Of a stretch of DNA of 64,000 bases, positions 1-10,600 are shown in pieces (within the stretch, counting starts at the first letter, position 1; each line of letters starts with the position of its first letter). The stretch is from Schmidtea polychroa. Its lineage: Eukaryota. A program made the position numbers and the translations under genes. The notes below the pieces were generated by a model. That model ran no database searches. It worked only from the letters and a program-made list of their open reading frames with translations, and was not told the DNA's origin. The stretch is from assembly GCA_044892525.1 (NCBI GenBank), contig CM097885.1, forward strand, positions 247,132,001 to 247,196,000. The letters are read 5' to 3'.

Positions 1-4
1 GAAG

Positions 5-3000
5 TTGCCAAATGAAGAGAAACAAATAATAGAAGTTAATCCCGATTGCCAAGTTGACGAGTTAGTGCAAATCATAGATCAAGAGATCATCCAAAAAGCT
101 CGAGAAAATAGTGAGGATGGAATGATCGAAGATGTGATAATAATGTACAACCGGCACATGCTGGAAAGAGGAGACCGAACTGGAATTTACGAACTAGGAA
201 TCTGGGAAGATGGAGCCGTCATCAATATAATCGCGATGGATGAACCATCTGGTGGACACAAAAACGCCACGAAAACCGAGCAACAAGTTAAAAGATTCCA
301 ATGGGGAATGAGAGCAAAGATGGATCGAATAATAGATATTTATAACCATTGGCTAAAGGATGATAAACTAAAACTAGCAGCCTTCAATGACGAAGATTGC
401 AAACTGATACCATGGAAAAAAGTGTGGATCGAAAGTGAAGCTCGATGGGATTGGGAGCAGCAAAAGTTGGAACCAAATTGGATAGATAATATACCCGAAG
501 AGATCGCAGCAGTATGGGTAAGAGAGAAACCGATCGATACTTACCAGGATATATTACCACAAGAATTCCAAAATGAATTACCATCAGGAGAAGATGAGGA
601 GATACGAGAACCGGTAAGGTTAGCACCATTCACGTGGAAAATTGAGAATTGGATGGAAAAGATAAAATCAGCAAAGGAAGAGAAAATCACACGATTAGTA
701 AGTCCACCGTTCTACTCAGGATTAGGTGAGTACAAGATGAAATTGCGAATATACCCGAACGGAGACGGGATAGGTAAAGGAAATTATGTGTCGGCATTCT
801 TCGCCATCTGCAAAGGAAATTATGACGACAAGGTACCATGGCCGTTTAGCAGAAAAGTGACGATAGCAATCGAACCATTGAAAGATAGCCTTAACATGCA
901 TAAAGAAACATTGAAACCAGATCCAAGGAGCGCCTGCTATCAACGACCAACAACATCAGAAAATATCGCTTCTGGGACACCTAAATTAATACGTCTAAGT
1001 TACATTGAGAATGAGCAGTCAAAATTTGTGAAAAACAATGCTATCCAGATCAGAGTAGAAGTTGAAACAGAACAAGAAATGAACCAACGACTGAACATAC
1101 CAGAAAATCAACCGAGAATCTGTATGATGAGGAGAAGAGTGTCTGATTCAGGACATCTACCAATAGACGCCGACGCAGATGAGGAAGAAGCAGCAACATT
1201 GTTGGAAGCACAAAAATGTAAGGAGTTGATGGAGATATTACAAAACGGGGCGAAAAATCGTCGACGAGCGGTGGTAGAACTAGCAAAATGGATAGCCGAA
1301 TCATGCAAAAGGATTCAAAACCTACGAAAAATCGTTAAAGCGATTGAAGAATATCGACGGGTGTACGTATGGTACCCTGAACAATTTGGTGAAATTATCC
1401 GGAAATGGAAACAACAAGAGTGGGCCGAAAACTCACCTGAGAAATATCAATTAAAAATATTCATGCCAGATTTTGAACCAATGGAAAAGGAATTCTATAC
1501 GACAGCTAAAGTCAGAGAAGTTAAAAAGAGAATACCTTATGAACTCCCATTCCACTTACAACACGAGGGACGATCATTAGACGACGATATTGAGATTGGT
1601 GTGACACCACTCCAAGGAGAAATTGTGAACAGATTAACGGTGAGTAAAATTGCAGGTAGAGAGCTAAGGAGAAGAGAGATAAAGCAAAAATCATCCACCC
1701 AACAGCCAGGAAGTTTGGACACACCAGAAGTTCCAAATGCGGTTAGTGAAGTGACGATCGAAACAACGGGAGAAGACGAAATACTGGATGAATTACAAGA
1801 GATAGTAGAAGCCGGCGAGATTATGAGAGCATCGCAATCAGGAGATCTATTTATCGACGAAGGTGAACCGACAACTGATGATTTAGATGGATTTGTATGC
1901 GCGCAGAGACAACCAGTGGAAACGACGGAAGCCGAGACGGATTTAGATAACGTGGAAAGAAGTGCCAATAAAGATGTAACCACAACCGATGAATGGAGCA
2001 ACTGGAGAGTAGATCCAGGAGCGACCACGTCAAAAGATACTACTTACAATCCGCCAAAACGGAAAGAAACCGGAACAGCTATGGATCGACGAACAAGAGG
2101 AAGACCAAAAACAGATAAAGCAGAGATCGAACCAAAATCCAAAGTTCAGGCGCAAATGGAGCAGGTAAAAACTAAAATGGATAAACTAAGTGCATTAGTA
2201 AAACAAGTTAAAGTGAAGACAAGCGTCCGAGAACAAGGGACACGATGGATAAATGACCTATTAGCCAACATGTTAGCATTAGCAAATCCAGATGTGAAAA
2301 GAGTCATGAGGAAGGATAATATTCCGACCGAAGCCAAACAATTATGGGCAGTATTGAAACCGATAATAATGAAAATCATGGATAATAAAATTCGATTAAC
2401 GTTAAAAGATCCCGTGGAACTCAGATTAATTGTGGAACATCTATTAAGCAGATCAGAGGACCAAAATCGATTTTTAGTGGGATTAGCATATTTAGTATAT
2501 AACGTTATCGGTCAATATAAAAAACGAATGCCAAAATATAACGCAACGGGTTACGAATTCACAGTAACAGAAATAATTAAACGATCAATAGAACCATATA
2601 TACTTGAACAAGGGGGATGGAGAAGCTTCATCGAATCAACTGGGAAGAAAGATCAAACGGAAATGATGCAAGCAAAGTTACGCGATTTGCTAACTGAATT
2701 CGAAGGAACAATCAATATAAACGACCCAAGAGCAAGCCGAAAGGGAATGAATGCCATAATAACCACGATATTGATATGGATGATGTGTATCAAAGGAACG
2801 GAGTCATTTGCAGTATACGACTGCGACAACATAAAAATCCATGAGAAATATTCATTAAAGGATACGGAAGACTGTAAAGCGGCAAACCCAAGAAAATTAC
2901 AAACAGTCATGGCATCAGTCTCGTATAACGTATATCAAGAAGCAGATTTCATCAAAACCATGGTCCAAGAATGTACGGTAACCAGAAAGATATTCGCACA

Positions 3001-3220
3001 TCACTGCGGTTCATCCTCACACTCAACAATCATAGAACCAGGATTGGAATCGACAGTAATATTACTATCAAGAGAGGAATGCGAGGAAGGGTTCCGATCG
3101 GGGAGAATCCACTTAAGGCAAGGGATTGAAATTGCTGCAGAACCAGGAAAAATAAAAACGACTCGGCAGGCAGAATCACTAAAGGAGACGGAACATGTGA
3201 GACAGGAACGTACACCTTGA
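5..3220 (+). CDS. Polyprotein part 1 (5'-truncated by the window edge): MATH, ubiquitin-like and Bcl-2-like domains, hydrophobic anchor/signal, N-terminus of glycoprotein
   Basis: 1071-codon open frame already open at base 2 (the listed start is TTG, not ATG); domain motifs given in the sub-features below. Confidence 0.85.
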   Translation: MPNEEKQIIEVNPDCQVDELVQIIDQEIIQKARENSEDGMIEDVIIMYNRHMLERGDRTGIYELGIWEDGAVINIIAMDEPSGGHKNATKTEQQVKRFQWGMRAKMDRIIDIYNHWLKDDKLKLAAFNDEDCKLIPWKKVWIESEARWDWEQQKLEPNWIDNIPEEIAAVWVREKPIDTYQDILPQEFQNELPSGEDEEIREPVRLAPFTWKIENWMEKIKSAKEEKITRLVSPPFYSGLGEYKMKLRIYPNGDGIGKGNYVSAFFAICKGNYDDKVPWPFSRKVTIAIEPLKDSLNMHKETLKPDPRSACYQRPTTSENIASGTPKLIRLSYIENEQSKFVKNNAIQIRVEVETEQEMNQRLNIPENQPRICMMRRRVSDSGHLPIDADADEEEAATLLEAQKCKELMEILQNGAKNRRRAVVELAKWIAESCKRIQNLRKIVKAIEEYRRVYVWYPEQFGEIIRKWKQQEWAENSPEKYQLKIFMPDFEPMEKEFYTTAKVREVKKRIPYELPFHLQHEGRSLDDDIEIGVTPLQGEIVNRLTVSKIAGRELRRREIKQKSSTQQPGSLDTPEVPNAVSEVTIETTGEDEILDELQEIVEAGEIMRASQSGDLFIDEGEPTTDDLDGFVCAQRQPVETTEAETDLDNVERSANKDVTTTDEWSNWRVDPGATTSKDTTYNPPKRKETGTAMDRRTRGRPKTDKAEIEPKSKVQAQMEQVKTKMDKLSALVKQVKVKTSVREQGTRWINDLLANMLALANPDVKRVMRKDNIPTEAKQLWAVLKPIIMKIMDNKIRLTLKDPVELRLIVEHLLSRSEDQNRFLVGLAYLVYNVIGQYKKRMPKYNATGYEFTVTEIIKRSIEPYILEQGGWRSFIESTGKKDQTEMMQAKLRDLLTEFEGTININDPRASRKGMNAIITTILIWMMCIKGTESFAVYDCDNIKIHEKYSLKDTEDCKAANPRKLQTVMASVSYNVYQEADFIKTMVQECTVTRKIFAHHCGSSSHSTIIEPGLESTVILLSREECEEGFRSGRIHLRQGIEIAAEPGKIKTTRQAESLKETEHVRQERTP
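626..1065 (+). other. TRAF-type MATH domain within ORF1
   Basis: FTWKIENW...SPPFYS...YKMKLRIYPNGDG...NYVSAFFAICKGNYDDKVPWPFSRKVT matches the TRAF-C consensus (W.I, SP.FY, Y...LR.YPNG.G, G..D..L.WPF). Confidence 0.92.
1445..1641 (+). other. Ubiquitin-like (beta-grasp) domain candidate within ORF1
   Basis: YQLKIFMPDFEPMEKEFYTTAKVREVKKRI...FHLQHEGRSLDDDIEI...LQGEIVNRLTV aligns by eye to ubiquitin (QIFVK...TIENVKAKI...RLIFAGKQLEDGRTL...IQKESTLHLVL); no C-terminal GG. Confidence 0.5.
2240..2635 (+). other. Bcl-2-like domain within ORF1
   Basis: BH2-like YILEQGGWRSF (cf. WIQENGGWDTF) at ~2597-2629; degenerate BH1 EHLLSRSEDQNRFLVGLAY (cf. EELFRDGVNWGRIVAFF) at the expected spacing; hydrophobic segment about 40 aa later. 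Confidence 0.7.
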
Positions 3221-4640
3221 ACGGACAACTGGTTAGTGGAGTGGTCGTGATAGAAAGCTACGAAGCTAAATTAGAAAGGTATCAAGGTTATTTCGACCCT
3301 GACACGCAAGCAATGAAGAAATACCCAAGTTGTCTCGCATCAGATCGATCATGTTCAACCGGAATGTCAACTCTGGTATACCATGCGGATCAGAAGGTAT
3401 GTCGACTAATGTTGCTCAAAACAGCAATATTCGAAGAAATCCAAGGGAAAGTATACAGTGAACCAAAAGGAGAAGCAGAAAAACGAGCGATGGAAGAGTT
3501 GAGAGCAAGGAAAGGATTCAGAGAAGACGTAATAACATCGAAATTGGAATCGGAAGTAACACCCACAGCGATAATCTCCAAAGACGATGGAATAGGAATG
3601 AGGTTCATAAAGAACAAAATGGTGAGTAAATGCGATGAGATGGTGATCAGCACCAATTATAAAGGGATCTACTTGTCGCGGAGAACCCTAGCAAATGCAG
3701 TCGGAAGACTAAGCGAAAAGGATGTCAAACTATATTTATACGCTAATAATAAGATGGATTTCTTATATCACAGAGGATTAACATCCACGGAAAAAGTCTA
3801 CCATGATCTGTTAAGAAACGATTGCCTGCTCAACAAAGAAATACTGAGAACCAAATTAGCAATGGCGATTACAAATCCAGATAACGCAATTCCGTTACTA
3901 CCATTACAGGAAGGATATTTCGGACGAATCGTGGGCGAAGTGATGTACACCTACCAATGCAAAAAGATAATGGCAAGATTGCCAGAAAACCCTACAATAC
4001 CAAGAGATAAGTGTGCAAACGAACTCGAAATTATCCACGAAGGTAAACCCAGGTTTGTGCAAGCAGTCACTAGGGTAATGAACCCGGTAGGGTTTCAACC
4101 AAATCTGTTTAATTGTAGTAATGCATATGGACCAATGTATGAAAAAGAAGATGGACAATGGGTTCAATTCCCAAGTAAAACAATCGTAGTAACGCCCAAG
4201 AAATTTGGATTGACGGAACTAACAACAGAACTAGAGTTCAAGCCGATAGACGTATCCCAGAGTGGATTATATACACCAAAAGATCTCGAATCAGCAAGAG
4301 CCCACCTGTTATTCCCAGCGCAAAGACAAGCAATCTTATCAAATATAGTGACTATTTCTGGAGGAAATAATTATGGGGAGAGCCCAAATTACGAGCTATT
4401 ATTATCACCAAGTCACTATCAACAAGCAACAGCAAACATGATGAAGGCTATGTGGGGTCGATTTTTGGTATTTGGCCAAATGATGGCAGGAATACTCGGA
4501 ATTATTCTGATAATACAAATAGTCAGAGTAATACTAACCCAGATGCTAGCATGTTTTGACATCTATAAGCGCGAGAGAAAAGTAAATTGGAAACTTGCAA
4601 TTGGATTCTTACCGTTCTTAGCGAAAACAATGGTGTTGCA
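2747..4640 (+). other. Env-like fusion glycoprotein of the chuvirus/Jingchuvirales type (class III-like), split by the frameshift near 3150
   Basis: Signal peptide MNAIITTILIWMMCIKGTES then FAVYDC; AGRITKGDGTCETGTY; YTYQCKKI; MWGRFLVFGQMMAGILGIILIIQIV membrane region, all resembling chuvirus G and its retroelement-borne homologues. Confidence 0.75.
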
Positions 4641-7600
4641 TGGACACTCAAAGGATATTCATCGAATAAAAAGATTGTTGAAAATACTAACGCAAATGAA
4701 AGGGACAGACGAAGAAGTCGGACGTAAGTTCAAAGTGATAATGAGATTAGAAGCAGAAAGAACTCAAGAGAAAGCAAAAAGAACCGGGAAGTGGAAAAAG
4801 TGGATGAACCTCAGACGAGACGATGATAGTGACAACGACAATGATGATTTCGACGACGATGATAATAACCAAGGAGGAGCAATGTTGATAAATAAAAATA
4901 CAGCCACTTGGGAAAACGAAAAAATGAAACCATGGGGATCACCGTATTCACAGACCCCATATTTACAAGCACCAACTAATGGACCAATGCGACGACCAGG
5001 AACAATGAGAGAACGGATAAGAATGGGAACCGGGAGATTGCCCGTACCAAATATTTACCCAACGGCGTATGAACCAAATTGGGCAGCAATGGACCCAACA
5101 ATGATCAAGCCAATTAAAAATGTGGGGCAAGAGGTGGAAACACGAACGATTGCGGTATTGCAGACACCAGCCGGACCATCATTAACCATCACGGTCGAAG
5201 TAAACGGAATAGAAATGGATGCAATGATCGATACCGGAGCAAATATTTCGGCAATAAATATGAATATGCTACCAGGCAGACTATGGCCATGCATTGAAGA
5301 GACAACCATGGATGTAATAACATGCAGCAAACAATCCATAGCGGTGGTAGGAAGAGTATGGTCAACGATTGAATATAAAGGGGTTAAAGTTACAACGTAC
5401 CTCGCAGTCATTAGACAGCTAAGCGTATCATGTATAATTGGAACAGATGTAATGCCGGAATTATTGAAAGAAATTGTGATTGATTTGAGTTCCATGAAAT
5501 TAAAAGATAAAACTGGACAGATATGCACAATGAGAACAGAAGTGAGATGCTCCGAAAAAATGATAATACCAGCACGTACCCAGACAATATGTTATGTCAA
5601 GGTCGATAACGAAGTCAAAGGAGATATGATATTTGAACCAAGTCAAAAATTCGAGAAGAGAAGGGAGCTGCCATTGGCAAGAGAAATTGTCAGTATAAAT
5701 GAGGATAACGAGATACCCATCAATATCACCAATTTTGATGAGGAAGATAAAGTAATCTACGAAAACGAGAGACTTGGAAAACTCACACCAATGATGAACA
5801 TTGAGCTACCGGAGATAAAAAGCGAGGGAGCAGACGAAAAAGAATTATGGACCATCGATAGCGAACTCCTAAATAAAGACGAAAAGGAACAACTCAGACA
5901 ACTACTGATTGAGTTTAAAGATATTTTTGCGGCTTCAGATTTGGAATTGGGTACTAGCGATGTAACTCAACACATTATACCATTAACAGATGAGACACCC
6001 ATAACGTTAAGACCATATCGATTGGCTGAAGCACAAAAAACGGTAGCAGAGGAAGAAGTACAAAAGATGTTAGATGCTGGGGTAATAGAACCTAGTTGCT
6101 CACCATGGCAATTCCCAGTGGTAATGGTCAAAAAGAAAGATGGCACACAGAGATTTTGTATTGACTATCGGAGGTTGAACGCAGTAACAAAAAGAGATAC
6201 ATATCCACTGCCAGACATAAACGAAATGTTACAGATGTTGCATGGAGCAGCATACTTTACATCTTTAGATCTAAAGAGTGGATACTGGCAAATTAAAGTT
6301 AAAGAGGAAGATAGAGAAAAGACAGCCTTTACCATCGGAAAAGATTTATATCAGTTTAAAAAGATGCCATTCGGATTAACAAATGCACCTGCTTCGTTTC
6401 AAAGATGTATGAACTTTGTGACACACGGAATTAAACAATGTATGGTGTATATTGATGATCTGTTAATTTATTCAGGTACTTTCGAGCAACACTTAATCGA
6501 TATCAGAAACGTCTTCATAAGACTGAAACAATGGAAGCTGAAATTGAAACCGTCAAAATGCGATTGGGCAAAGGAGAGAGTCACGTTTTTAGGACATATT
6601 GTGTCGGCAAAAGGAAAGGAACCAGATCCGAGAAACGTTGAAAAGATAAAAAATTGCCCGATACCAAAGACTGTGACTCAGGTACAAGAATTTCTGGGAT
6701 TATGCGGATACTACCGCAAGTTCATCAAAAATTATGCAACTATAGCAAAACCAATTCAGGAACTAACGAAAAAAGACACCCCATTTTTGTGGGAAAGAGA
6801 ACAGCAAATAGCATTCGAATCGTTAAGAGATAAACTAATAGCCTCACCTATTCTAATACACCCAGATTTTAAAAAGCCTTTTCTACTAGCAACCGATGCC
6901 AGTGGATATGCATCAGGAGCTGTGCTAGGACAATGGGATGAGGAGAAACGAGAAAGAGTCATCGGATATTATAGCAAGACGTTCAAAAAGCACGAAAAGA
7001 ATTACTCGGTCACAGAAAGAGAAGCCTTAGCAATAATTCAGGCGATAAAACATTTCAAATATTTATTGTGGGGACACGAGATAATTATTACTACAGACCA
7101 TCAACCTCTAGTTTGGTTGGGCCAACACAAAGAAGCATCTAGCCGATTGATGAGATGGGCAATGCAGTTACAAGAATATTCCCCATACATCAAATTCAAG
7201 TCAGGAAAAGCAAACGCAAATGCAGACTGCATGTCGAGATTTGTATTTGAGGAACTCATGGATCATGACGTCAGACGAATATGCCTGATAATCGCGGAAG
7301 ATATCGATTTTACCAATCTAAAGAACGAACAAAAGGAAGACAATGAATTAAAACTAATAATTGAGTTCCTGGAAAAAAACGATATGAAAATATTCAACAA
7401 CGATGATCGACTAAAAGAACACATGGAGAAAAATCGTCACAGATATACGATCGAGAAAGGATGGCTATTGGTAATGGATGGCGACAAACGATTGATGTGT
7501 CTACCAGAAAGTAGACGGAAAGAAATTATGATTCAATACCACGATGGTAAATTGGGCGGACATATGTCAGCCAAGAAAACAGAAGCAAGGCTCAAACAGA

Positions 7601-10600
7601 AATATTACTGGCCAAATATGAGCGATGACGTGAAAGAATGGATAAAGAACTGCCTGATATGCGCAACCAGAAAAACAACGGGCAGTAAACTAAAGCCACC
7701 ATTGAAACCAATGCCGATACCGCCAGAACCAATGACAATGATTGCAATGGATGTAGTTGGACCACTACCAGAGACTAACAGTGGAAATGTGTATATATTG
7801 GTAATAACTGATTATCTGACCAAGTTCCCTGAAGCATTTGCGATGCCAGACCAGAAAGCACGAACAGTTGCAAGGATATTAGTGGAAGAGATCTGCTGCA
7901 GATATGGGACACCAAAACAAATCTTAACTGATCAAGGAACTAATTTCATGAGCGAGATAATAAATGAAGTGACAAATTATTTTAGAATTGCCAAATTGAG
8001 AACCTCACCATACCACCCGCAAACGAATGGTCAGACAGAAAGATTTAACGGCATACTAATAGACATGATGTCCAATTACGTGAGTAAACATCAAAAGGAC
8101 TGGGATGAATATATTAAGTTGTGTCTAATGGCTTATCGAATGTCAATACACTCAGCAACGAAAATGAGTCCGTTTAAACTCATGTATGGAAGGGAATGCA
8201 ACATGCCGATGGATCTCGAATACCAACCGCCAATCTCACAATATATGGAGATAGATGATTATGTGACAAAGTTCAAGGAGAGAATGCAAGAAATATGGAA
8301 AACCGCAGGGATGAACATCCGATTCAACCAAGAGAGTTATAAGGAATTGCATGATAAAAAGAAGAACGTACAAAACCATCAATTTAAAATCGGAGATTGG
8401 GTTATTATAGAAACACCCGAATTAATCCCAGGAACAGCAAAGAAATTACAACGTAATGGCAGAGGGCCATATGAAGTCATCTATGTAAACGAGAACAACG
8501 CTAGAGTGAAGTTGGTTAACAATCCACTAATTAGACCCATTTATGTGAATACATGTCGATGCAAAGCAGTAGCGAAAACTGCCACTAAAGACCCAGAAAC
8601 AAGAAGGATAATCACGAGATCACAAACAAATGCCACAACGGAACCAGAAGTAAGCGGTAGATTAACTAGATCACAGACAAGACGAATATTCATGTTGAGA
8701 GGAGAAACAAGCAGCAGCGCCCATAAAGGAACTGAAGCAGAAAGCGAAGCTGACGCAATGGCAAGGAGCCAAGCAACATGGAATATGACAGTAAAAATAG
8801 CACGAGAAATTGTACCAGAATGGGCCGATATAACCAATAAATACCAAGTATTGGGCAAACTAATGTTAGTAGCAGAAAGATATGCGAAAGGACGAAGATA
8901 TGCCGAAGGATTACAAATACCGACTCAAATATATGAACTAATCCGGAGATTACCAATCATGTTCCTAACAAGTGATTTGAGTAATAACTGGCCAATCCAT
9001 CATGCAGTGAAAGCAGGACAAGAAAAACGAGCTTTAGAGATTATACGAATAATGGAAAACTGCAAACAATCAACAAACGTCAAAAACAGTAAAGGAAAAA
9101 CTCCACTGATGAAAGCCATAGCAATAGGCGCGTCAAGAGATGTACTCAGAGAATTATTAAGAACGGGATCCACGCTGAAAGAAAAAGACAACAAACAACG
9201 AACCGTATTACGTTATGCCGTCAGGTCAAAAAGACCTAGTATAGTGAACTTTATCACAGGAAATGCAACAACCGAAGAAGCCGAGGTGTTGGGACAGAGC
9301 ATTGAACCAATTCTGGAAGCCATCAGAGGAAACTTAGACAGAACCGCAGCAATATTAATCAAATGGAAACAAAACGAATTAAGAGCGGAAGTAATTGATA
9401 TAAATCAATTCCAAAACAACGAAAATATCGTACTAAGAAGCGCCATATACTCAAGACCACCAATGCCAAAAACCATTAAAGCAATATTACAGAGAAATAG
9501 AACAGAATTGACAGGTAATTGGTGGAAATGCACAAAAACACATGCGATGAAAAAGCAACTAGAAATACTAGTGTGGGAATGGCACCGGAAACAACGGAAA
9601 TATCAAGGAACCAAAGAAGAACGAGAAAGTATCCACAACGACAAAAAAGAGATAATTAAAAAATACGAGGAGATGATCAAAGCAGCAAATGTCGAGGACG
9701 ACATTTTCAGGAAAACCCCGGGTGAGAGGAATGACGACGACGACGACGACGAAAGGATGGGGGATAACGATAACAACCCAGAGGAAAACGACAGAGAACA
9801 GAATCCGGAAGGCGGAGAAACAACGAGTGATGATGAGGAATTGGAAGAAGACGAAGAAGACCAATGTCGAGGTGAAGATCAAGGATTCGACAAAACGGAG
9901 AACAAAAAACGAAAGTCCCCACTACATAGCATAGTGTGTCGAAATCAAATCCAGCCAATCCTACTACAAAGAATATTTATAATATTAACATCCATCTGTT
10001 TAACAGAAACAAAAAATATAAGAATCGTAAGAGAAGCTTCCCAAGAAGGTGAAGCATTTATGATAAAAGTCAGTGATTACGACGGAAATGCCGTCGGAAT
10101 ATGTGTGCAATTAATGGAAGGAACAGGAGTAAGTTGTGATTTCAGATCGATAACAAAAGGAAAGATTTTTAGCAGCCAAAAAAGAGATCCCAGGCTATGT
10201 GGAGATTATGACATCTGTAGAGACATATCAACAGAGGAAATGGAGCTAGAAAGAGCCAACGAAACCGGAGTACATTTTCAACTCAACATTTTGGAAGAAG
10301 GTATCGAAATAGAAGATAAAGGGAGTCGATCAATTACACATGTATGCATCAGAGAAGACAGAGACATATGCATAATAACTGATATGACACAAGACCACAA
10401 ATTCTTCTGGGGAGAGGTCAAACCAAATACCCCTACTGTGGTATGCGCAGGAACACAAGGGATAGTAGTATGTAAAGGAACAAGAACTGCACCAAGAAAA
10501 GACAAGCCAAAGAGTATGGCAATGAAACAAGATCCATTAAGGGGGATAGCAACCAAGAAGCCAAACAAATCAGTTAGTACAAAAACAACAACAGAGCAAA

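Noticed and set aside
3145-3160. Canonical programmed -1 slippery site
   Set aside because: Neither A GGA AAA nor A AAA ACG fits X XXY YYZ in the ORF1 frame, and the shift falls mid-ectodomain.
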